Part shown: positions 48,420-55,870 of the stretch, piece by piece
How positions within the stretch are numbered: the first letter of the stretch is position 1
Layout of the letters: the number at the start of each line of letters is the position of its first letter
Assembly (NCBI GenBank): GCA_963748015.1
Contig: CAVVHE010000009.1
Coordinates: forward strand, 224,001 to 288,000
Length of the DNA stretch: 64,000 nucleotides
Reading direction: 5' to 3'
Origin: Terriglobia bacterium
Lineage (GTDB): Bacteria; Acidobacteriota; Polarisedimenticolia; Polarisedimenticolales; JAIQFR01
The notes under the pieces: model-generated
Database searches by the model: none
Seen by the model: only the letters and a program-made list of their open reading frames with translations
Told to the model about the DNA's origin: nothing
Program-made: the position numbers and the translations under genes

Positions 48420-50549
48420 ATGGACGCTTCGGAAAGAAGCCGCGTGTTCGGGATGCTGCGCGTTCGCGACGAGGCGGACCTGATCGGGGACGCGCTCGAC
48501 CACATGGCGGGGTTCTGTACCGGCGGGATCTTCGTCTACGACGACGCATCCGGCGACGGGACCGCTGACCTCGCGGCGCGGCACCCCGCGGTGCGCGAGG
48601 CGATCCGCGGCGATTCGTGGGACGACGACCGGGAGCGTGCCGAGTGGCAGCACCGGGCGGCGCTCCTCGAGCGCGCGCGGCGCTTCGCGGGACCGGACGA
48701 CTGGTTGGTCTATCTCGACGCGGACGAGCGGGTCGAGTGGGACTGGAGCCGGCTCCGGGAGCTTCCCCCGGACACGATCGCGGTGAGGATGAAGCTGCTC
48801 GACTTCCACATCACGAAGGAGGACGAGCGCCTGCCGTACACCGAGCGCCGGCTCGCGGGCCCCGAGTACCGGCCGATCGTCATCGCGTTCCGCAATCGCC
48901 CCGGCATCGCCTATCGCCACCCCGACCAGCGGGAGATCGAGCTCGCGGGGCCCGGGCGGATCCTCGACGAGGGTTGGGTACGCCACTACGGGAAAGCGCT
49001 CTCGGTCGCGCGCTGGGAAAGGAAGTGCGACTACTACGCCGGCCACTTCCCGAAGTACGCGGCGAAGTGGGCGGCCCGGCGCGGCCGCGCGGTCCACGAC
49101 GCCTCGGACTTCGGAGCGCCGCTCATCCGCTGGGAGGACCGGGCGACTCGGGCCTACCTGATGCCGCTCGACCCCGAGCGGGCGCGCGGGAACGGCCCGC
49201 TTCGCGTCCTCCTCACGAACCACCACCTGCTCGATACCGCGGGCAGCGAGATGTTCACGCTGACGCTGGCGAAGGCGCTCGTCGAGCGCGGTCACAAGGT
49301 CACCGTCTACTCGAAGTTCGTCGAGCCCCTCGCGCCCGGTTTCCAGGCGCTCGGCGCCCGCGTCGTGGACGAGCTCTCCGCCGTGCGCCAGGAGTCGTTC
49401 GACGTCGCGCACGTCCACCACAACGTGGGCGCCTTCGAGGTGCGCCGCTGCTTCCGCGACCTTCCGATCGTCTTCGTCTCGCACGGCGTGCTGCCCTTCC
49501 TCGAGCGGCCGCCGGCGGCCGATGTCGGGATAGCGCGCTGGCTCGCGGTGAGCGAGGAAGTGCGGGACAGGCTGGTGGCCGAGGGGGCGCCCGCCGGCCG
49601 GGTCGAGCTCTTCCGGAACATCGTGGACGGGCGGAGGTTCCGCTCTTTTGGCCCCCCCGCCGGCCGCCCCGCGCGCGCCCTCGTCCTGAGCCACCGCATC
49701 GACGAGGCCACCGAGCGGGCGATCCGCGACGGCTGCGCCGCCGCGGGGGTCGGGACGCTCTTCCTCGGGGCGCGATTCGCGAAAGCGGACCCCATCGACC
49801 TGCCCGCGTTGATGAACGCCGCGGACGTCGTCTTCACCCTGGGCCGCGGGGCGATCGAGGCGATGCTGTGCGGCCGCCAGCCGTTCGTGCTCGACTACGC
49901 AGGCGGCGACGGGCTCCTCGAGCCCGGCAACGTCGAGCAGTCCATGCGGTGCAACTTTTCCGGCCGGCGCTACGCGAAGCGCTTCGACGCCGCGGACGTC
50001 GCCGCCGAGCTGGAAAACTACTCGCCCGAGGCCGCCGCAGCCCTCGAGCGCTTCGCCCGCGAGCGCTTCGGCGTCGAGGGGCGGCTGCCGGCGCTCGAGC
50101 GGACCTACCTCCGCGCGATCGAGGAGGGGAGGGGCATCCGTCCCGCTCCCGGAGCGGACGCCGTCATCGAGGCGGTCGTGGAGTCGGTCCGTGAGACCCT
50201 CGGCCAGGCCCACAACCTCTGGTCGTGGCGGGCGCGCTCCGGCCGCGTGGCCGTGCCGCCGGCCGCAGCGGATGCCGATTCGGAAAGGCTTCGTGTCGCC
50301 GAGCTGCTGCTTCACTCGGGCTGGAACGAGCCGGCGCGCGACATGCTGCTCGAGATCCTCTCGCGCGACGTGGACCGAGTGGACGCGCTCGCGCTGATGG
50401 CCCGGCTAGGCGTCGTCGAGGGCGACTACGACGACGCCCTCGCGCTCCTCGAGCACGTCCTCGCCGCCCACCCCGGCCACGGGCTAGCCGAGGAGGCGCG
50501 CACTTTTCTGGAATCCCGGCTGCCCGGGACCCGCGCGCTGGGTTCCTAG
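48420..50549 (+). CDS. Glycosyltransferase fusion (GT2-like + GT4-like + TPR)
   Basis: VRDEAD..YDDAS.DGT..YLDADE (GT2-like); VLLTNHHL...GSE...DVAHVHH...NAADVV (GT-B); C-terminal helical TPR. Confidence 0.78.
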   Translation: MDASERSRVFGMLRVRDEADLIGDALDHMAGFCTGGIFVYDDASGDGTADLAARHPAVREAIRGDSWDDDRERAEWQHRAALLERARRFAGPDDWLVYLDADERVEWDWSRLRELPPDTIAVRMKLLDFHITKEDERLPYTERRLAGPEYRPIVIAFRNRPGIAYRHPDQREIELAGPGRILDEGWVRHYGKALSVARWERKCDYYAGHFPKYAAKWAARRGRAVHDASDFGAPLIRWEDRATRAYLMPLDPERARGNGPLRVLLTNHHLLDTAGSEMFTLTLAKALVERGHKVTVYSKFVEPLAPGFQALGARVVDELSAVRQESFDVAHVHHNVGAFEVRRCFRDLPIVFVSHGVLPFLERPPAADVGIARWLAVSEEVRDRLVAEGAPAGRVELFRNIVDGRRFRSFGPPAGRPARALVLSHRIDEATERAIRDGCAAAGVGTLFLGARFAKADPIDLPALMNAADVVFTLGRGAIEAMLCGRQPFVLDYAGGDGLLEPGNVEQSMRCNFSGRRYAKRFDAADVAAELENYSPEAAAALERFARERFGVEGRLPALERTYLRAIEEGRGIRPAPGADAVIEAVVESVRETLGQAHNLWSWRARSGRVAVPPAAADADSERLRVAELLLHSGWNEPARDMLLEILSRDVDRVDALALMARLGVVEGDYDDALALLEHVLAAHPGHGLAEEARTFLESRLPGTRALGS

Positions 50550-50711
50550 CCGGAAGCCCGCGGCAAGAGTCGCCCCGAAGCGGCCCTCTCTTCGCGCGGC
50601 CGGTTCTTCCCTAGAAGGCCGCGCGAAGAGCGGAGCAAGGCGGCGCGGCGACCCGCGCCGCGCAACGCCGCAGCGTGCCGCGCGGGGCGACTCTTGCCGC
50701 GGGCTTCCGGC
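50549..50711. repeat. 163-bp intergenic element with 29-bp perfect terminal inverted repeats and internal hairpins (MITE-like/structured element)
   Basis: GCCGGAAGCCCGCGGCAAGAGTCGCCCCG (50549..50577) vs its reverse complement (50683..50711); 14-bp IR 50588..50601/50617..50630; 9-bp IR 50640..50661. Confidence 0.8.
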
Positions 50712-50795
50712 GCACACGGCCGCACGCGCGCTGCCAGGGGTTCGAGGTTGTTCGGGCGTCGGTCATCGGCTAACCTCAGGCGGCGATCCGGCGCG

Positions 50796-52841
50796 ATGAG
50801 ACGACCTCCTCGGAAGACCAGGGACTCGAGCGCGGGCGGCGCATCCGCGCGGCCGCGGCCGGCGGGGGAGCGCGTCGCGATGTTGCTGCCCGGGTTCGTG
50901 GCGGCGCTGCTGTACGCGCGGTCGGTCGCGAACGGGTTCGCGCTCGACGACCGGATCGACCTCCTCGAGAACCGGTTCGTCACGGGGCCGCTCGATCTCG
51001 GCGGCATCTTCGGGAGCGAGTACTACGGCGGGTGGGGGCACATGGCCTCCGGACACTACCGGCCGCTCGTGACCCTGACCTACAAGGCGGTCGCGTCGCT
51101 GTTCGGGCTGAGACCGGCGCCGTACCACGCGCTGAACGTCCTCCTCTTCGCGCTGATCGTGACGCTGACCGTTTACCTCGTCGCCCGCATCGCGGGAAAC
51201 GCGAGGACGGGGGTGCTCGCCGGGCTGATCTTCGCGGTCCATCCGGTCGTCTCGGAGCCGGTCGCGTCGGTGGTCGGGCTCAAGGATCTGGCCGCGGCCG
51301 GGCTCGGGATGCTCTCGGTTTTCCTCTACCTGCGTGGGCGCGAGGCGAGTCGCTTCGCGGAAACGGGCGTCGGAGCAAGCCACGCCGTCGCGACGTCCGC
51401 GGCGCTCTTCGCGGCGCTCCTGTTCAAGGAGACGGCGCTGGCCTTCGTCCCGATCGCTCTCGCCGCGGAATTCCTGCACCCGGCGTCCCCCGCGGCACGG
51501 GAGCGGCTCGTCGTCGTGAAGCGCGCGATGGCGATCTGGCCGCTCGCGGCGAGTGCCCTCGCGGTCCTCGCGGCCCGCGCGGCGGTCACCGGCGGCCTCT
51601 TCCGGCCGAACGCGATCGAGGCGGTGGACAATCCCCTCGTGGTCCTCGCCATGCCCTTCCGGTGGCTCGCAGCCACGGGACTGCTCGGGCGCTATCTCGC
51701 GCTTTTCGCATGGCCCTCCTGTCTCTCCAGCGACTACTCCCTGGGGTCACTGCCGCTTCCGCAGTCCGCGGGGGATCCCTGGATCGTGGGCTCGCTCCTC
51801 CTGGCGGCCGCCATCGCCGTGGCCCTGGCCTGGACGATGCGGCGAGAGCCGCGCGCCGCAGCCTTCGGCCTGTTCTCGTTCGCGGCTTCCTACCTCCTGG
51901 TTTCCAACGTCATCGTCCTCGTCAACACGATCATGGGGGACCGGCTGTTCTTCCTGCCGGCGTGGGGACTCTGCATCGCGCTCGCAGGGCTTATCGTCGC
52001 GGCGCACGACCGCCTGCTACCGGAAAGAACGGCGCGCAAGGCGGTCTCGGCGATCGCGATCCTCGTCCTGATCGTGCCGCTCGCGGCGAGGACGTGGGCG
52101 CGAATCGGCGACTGGCGGAGTAACGCCACCCTCGCCGACTCCGTCCACCGCTGCTATCCCGGCAACGTGAAGGTCCTCGTCGTCCTGGCGGAGCGCGAGG
52201 CTCGTCTCGGCCGCCACGACGAGGCGCGCGCCCTCTACGAGCGGGCCATCGCCGCGGGACCCGACGCGTCCTACGCCCGGGCCGCGATGGGTGTCTACCT
52301 GCTCGACCGCGGCGAGACCGACCGGGCGGTGGCACTGCTCGAGTCGAGCGCCGCGGGGCGCACGCCGATTCCGGGAGCGACGCTGCGTCTCGCCCTGTCG
52401 TACCTCGATCGCAACCGCGACGACGACGCGTTCCGGGTCGCCACGCGCGCCCTCGAGGCGGGTCCGAGCTACGGCGACGCGGCGATGGCTCACGTGGTGC
52501 GCGGAGAGGTGCTCCTCCGGCGTTCGGACCCGGCCGGCGCCGCGATCGAGTACCGCCTCGCGATTCGCGAGAGCCCCGGCGAGGCGGTGGCGCACTTCAA
52601 TCTCGGCCGGGTCCTCGAAGCGCAGGGCCGGCTCGAGGAAGCCCTCGACGAGCTGCTGCGGGCGGACGCGCTCGCGCCGAACGACGCGCGAATCCTCTAC
52701 GCGCGCTCCCTCGTCGAGGCGAAGCTCGGCCGGCCCGGCCGCGCGCTCGAGACGATCGAGAGGCTCGGAGCCCTCGATCCTCGTCTGGCCGCCGAGGCGA
52801 GGCGCCGCCTCGCCGGAAAAGGGCCTGCCGGAGAGCGGTAG
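50796..52841 (+). CDS. TMTC-like membrane protein with TPRs
   Basis: FALDD, HYRPL, FAVHPVVSEPVA, LFKE, LSSDYS, GDRLFFLP, TPRs. Start uncertain. Confidence 0.8.
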   Translation: MRRPPRKTRDSSAGGASARPRPAGERVAMLLPGFVAALLYARSVANGFALDDRIDLLENRFVTGPLDLGGIFGSEYYGGWGHMASGHYRPLVTLTYKAVASLFGLRPAPYHALNVLLFALIVTLTVYLVARIAGNARTGVLAGLIFAVHPVVSEPVASVVGLKDLAAAGLGMLSVFLYLRGREASRFAETGVGASHAVATSAALFAALLFKETALAFVPIALAAEFLHPASPAARERLVVVKRAMAIWPLAASALAVLAARAAVTGGLFRPNAIEAVDNPLVVLAMPFRWLAATGLLGRYLALFAWPSCLSSDYSLGSLPLPQSAGDPWIVGSLLLAAAIAVALAWTMRREPRAAAFGLFSFAASYLLVSNVIVLVNTIMGDRLFFLPAWGLCIALAGLIVAAHDRLLPERTARKAVSAIAILVLIVPLAARTWARIGDWRSNATLADSVHRCYPGNVKVLVVLAEREARLGRHDEARALYERAIAAGPDASYARAAMGVYLLDRGETDRAVALLESSAAGRTPIPGATLRLALSYLDRNRDDDAFRVATRALEAGPSYGDAAMAHVVRGEVLLRRSDPAGAAIEYRLAIRESPGEAVAHFNLGRVLEAQGRLEEALDELLRADALAPNDARILYARSLVEAKLGRPGRALETIERLGALDPRLAAEARRRLAGKGPAGER

Positions 52842-52866
52842 CCGTCCGGGCCGTCTTGACGTTCAT

Positions 52867-52894
52867 TTGCTGAAAAGATTGAAAAGACTAAACT
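52867..52894 (+). promoter_or_regulatory. Promoter with tandem direct repeats upstream of the redoxin operon
   Basis: TTGCTG-16-TAAACT-6-ATG; TGAAAAGAT/TGAAAAGAC direct repeats at 52871..52888. Confidence 0.45.
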
Positions 52895-52900
52895 TCTCGA

Positions 52901-53614
52901 ATGAGAAGAACTTGTGCTTCCTTGCTCCGGCCGCTGTCCATCGCGGCCCTCCTACTCTGCGCGGTGCCGCCCCCGGCAAATTCCGGTGAAGCCGCGCAGG
53001 CCCTGACGCTCTACGACCTTCACGACCGGCCCATGTCGCTCGACGCCTACAAGGGAAAAGTGGTCGCGCTCGACTTCTGGGCGCCCTGGTGCGTGCCGTG
53101 CCGGAAGAGCTTTCCGTTTCTCGACGGCCTGCAGAGCAAGTACGCGGCCCAGGGACTGCAGGTCGTCGGCCTGACGCTCGAGGAGGACCCGGACGCCGTC
53201 GCGGCGTTTCTCGACGCCGTCCCCGTGCATTTCACGATCGCGCGGGATCCCTCGCAGCACGCCGGAGAAACCTTCGGCGTCGTCGCGATGCCGACGACGC
53301 TGCTCCTGGACCGCGACGGGCGCGTCGCCGCGCGGTTCGAAGGGGGGAGCGAGCGCGTTCACGGGAAGATCGAGAGCGCGGTGGTGATTCTCCTGGCCGG
53401 CGGCAAGCTTCCCCCCGGAACGGACGTCCACGTCTCCTCGAGCCTGGAGGCGTCGGACGCCCTCCACGCGTGGGAGCGCGGCTACCTCGCCGATCCGATC
53501 ATGAATCTCGACGGCGATCCGCTGACGCGCGTCCTGCGCGAGCACATCCACGCCAGCAAGGAAGGGGCCGCGGGCGACGGCGGGGCGTCGGGAGGCGGCT
53601 GTGGCTGCAACTAG
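52901..53614 (+). CDS. TlpA-family thiol-disulfide redoxin fused to a DUF4266-like domain
   Basis: KGKVVALDFWAPWCVPC...MPTT; C-terminus WERGYLADPIM...HIHASKEGAAG.GG.SGGGCGCN. Confidence 0.82.
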   Translation: MRRTCASLLRPLSIAALLLCAVPPPANSGEAAQALTLYDLHDRPMSLDAYKGKVVALDFWAPWCVPCRKSFPFLDGLQSKYAAQGLQVVGLTLEEDPDAVAAFLDAVPVHFTIARDPSQHAGETFGVVAMPTTLLLDRDGRVAARFEGGSERVHGKIESAVVILLAGGKLPPGTDVHVSSSLEASDALHAWERGYLADPIMNLDGDPLTRVLREHIHASKEGAAGDGGASGGGCGCN

Positions 53615-54827
53615 GCGCAAGAAGAAAGACCGCACGCGCCGCCGTCTTCGCGCGTTCCCCTGGGTCGCCGCGGGCCTCGGAGCGCTCGCGGCCCCGGGCG
53701 CGCACGCGCAATCGACCCTCGACTTCCGGTATCTCTTCTACAAGGAGTCGGGGGGCCGCACGGAGGTCTCGAACCCGACGGTCTTCCTCCACCAGGACTT
53801 CGGGGAGGCCGGAGGGCAGCTCTCCCTGCTGCTCGGCTACGACACGATCTCGGGAGCGTCCCCCACCGGCGCCTACCCCACGGCGGACACGGTCACCTCC
53901 GCGTCGGGCGCGACGAGCTCCGCCAACATCCCGCTCGCGCAGTATCAGGACCAGCGCAAGTCGGGAACGCTCTCCTACGCGCGGAAGTTCGGCTCGCACC
54001 TCCCGTCGGTGGACCTCTCGTACTCGAAGGAGAACGACTACCTCTCGAAGACCTGGGGGGCGTCCGACGCGTGGACGATGGCGCACGGGCGCGGAACGCT
54101 CCACTTCGGGTACTCGGCCTCGCGCGACACCGTCAGCCCCACGACCTCCACCGCCGACTACCCGAAGTCGACCGACGGGTACTCCGCGGGCTGGACGTGG
54201 ATCGCCGGCGAGAGAGACCTGTTCGACGTGTCGGCCACCGTGATGAATCTCTCGGGATACCTCGACGACCCGTACAAGATCGTTCCGGTCGGCACGGGGA
54301 CGATGCCGGATCACCGTCCGGACTCGCGCTCGCGGCGCGCGGTCGTCGGGAAGTACGGGCACTACTACACGTCCCGCGCGGCGCTCAGGACCTCCTACCG
54401 GTATTACTGGGACGATTGGGGGATCAAGGCCCACACCCTCGACATCGACTTCGACCAGCACGTGGGGGCGCGGTGGCTCGTCTCGCCGCGGCTGCGGCTC
54501 TACACGCAGACTGCGGCTTCGTTCTACGCCAGCTCGCTGCCGAGCCCGGAGACCTACATGTCGGCCGACTACCGCCTCTCATCGTTCAACAGCGTGCTCG
54601 GCGGTCTCACGCTCTCGTACGAGCTGCGCAGCGGGCTGACCGTCAGCGCGGGCGCCACGGCGCAGGCCCAGTCCGGCCGGGACCGCATCGTTCCGCTCCC
54701 GGCGCCGGCTATCGCGGCCTTGCGCGAGGACGGCGACGACGGCGAGGAAGGCTCGGGCGGAGGAACCGTGTCCGCCGCGGACCTCACCACGTTCACCTTC
54801 ACCGTCGGCCTGTCCTGGCGGTACTGA
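53601..54827 (+). CDS. DUF3570-like outer-membrane beta-barrel protein
   Basis: DTISGAS, YSKENDYLS, GYLDDPYK, PDSRSR, YRYYWDDWGIKAHT, SADYRLS; terminal GLSWRY. Confidence 0.78.
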   Translation: MAATRRKKKDRTRRRLRAFPWVAAGLGALAAPGAHAQSTLDFRYLFYKESGGRTEVSNPTVFLHQDFGEAGGQLSLLLGYDTISGASPTGAYPTADTVTSASGATSSANIPLAQYQDQRKSGTLSYARKFGSHLPSVDLSYSKENDYLSKTWGASDAWTMAHGRGTLHFGYSASRDTVSPTTSTADYPKSTDGYSAGWTWIAGERDLFDVSATVMNLSGYLDDPYKIVPVGTGTMPDHRPDSRSRRAVVGKYGHYYTSRAALRTSYRYYWDDWGIKAHTLDIDFDQHVGARWLVSPRLRLYTQTAASFYASSLPSPETYMSADYRLSSFNSVLGGLTLSYELRSGLTVSAGATAQAQSGRDRIVPLPAPAIAALREDGDDGEEGSGGGTVSAADLTTFTFTVGLSWRY

Positions 54828-54832
54828 CCGGC

Positions 54833-55798
54833 GTGGACGGTCCCGTCCTCTACACGACGCGCTTCCCCTTGATGGGCGGCGCGGCCCTCGTCCGCTTCGT
54901 GGACCATCGAGGCCGCGCCCGCGCGGAGCGAATCGCTAGGGCGGTCGAGGACGAGGCCCGCCGGATCGAGCACAAGTTCTCGCGCTACCGGGACTCGAGC
55001 GTCGTTTCGGAGATCAACCGCGCCGCGGGACGCGCCCCGGTGGCGGTGGACCGGGAGACGGAGGACCTCGTGCGGTCGTCGCTCGATCTCGCCGGCTCCA
55101 CCTCCGGCCGGTTCGATCCGACCGTCGGCGTCCTCCGGCGCGCGTGGAACTTCAAGGCGGGGAAGGTGCCCACGGACGCCGAGCTCGCGGAGCTGCTGCC
55201 CCTCGTGGACGCCTCGGCGGTCTCGGTGCGTGACGGGACGGTGTTCCTCGAGCGGCAGGGGATGGAGATCGATCTCGGCGGCGTCGGCAAGGAATACGCT
55301 GTCGACCGCGCGGCGCAGCTCCTGCGCGACGAGGGGATCCGGTCGGCCATCGTCAACTTCGCGGGGGACGTGCGCACGGTGGGCGGCCGCGGCGACGGCC
55401 GCCCCTGGTCGGTCGGGGTCATCGACCCGCGCGACCCCTCGCGGTGCCGCTTCGCCGTCCGGGCGGTGGGGGACGCGGGAGTCGCGACCTCCGGCGACTA
55501 CGAGCGCTGCTTCATGAAGGACGGCGTGCGCTACCACCACATCCTGGACGCGACGACGGGCTGGCCCGCACGGGGCCTCCGCTCGGCGACGGTCGTGGCG
55601 GCGACGGCGTTCCTCGCGGGACGCTTCGCCACCGCGGCGTTCCTTCTCGGTCCCGACGCCGGCCTCGACCTCCTCGATCGCGCCCCCGGCGTCGAGGGGG
55701 CGCTGATCGACGAGGAAGGGAGCGTCCTGGCGACGGACGGCATGTCGCGCCTGTCCGACCTGCCCGGCAGCCTCTACGCGGCGTACCCCGCCGTCTGA
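54833..55798 (+). CDS. apbE: FAD:protein FMN transferase
   Basis: MG...KFSRYRDSS..EIN, GRFDPTVG, IDLGGVGKEYAVD, VATSGDYER, RYHHILD..TGWP. Confidence 0.9.
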   Translation: MDGPVLYTTRFPLMGGAALVRFVDHRGRARAERIARAVEDEARRIEHKFSRYRDSSVVSEINRAAGRAPVAVDRETEDLVRSSLDLAGSTSGRFDPTVGVLRRAWNFKAGKVPTDAELAELLPLVDASAVSVRDGTVFLERQGMEIDLGGVGKEYAVDRAAQLLRDEGIRSAIVNFAGDVRTVGGRGDGRPWSVGVIDPRDPSRCRFAVRAVGDAGVATSGDYERCFMKDGVRYHHILDATTGWPARGLRSATVVAATAFLAGRFATAAFLLGPDAGLDLLDRAPGVEGALIDEEGSVLATDGMSRLSDLPGSLYAAYPAV

Positions 55799-55870
55799 GC
55801 GTCCCGTCCGGCCGTGATCCTCGAGGCCGCGGCCGCGCGTGGGGGGACCCGCGGCGTCGCTCGGGCCAAG

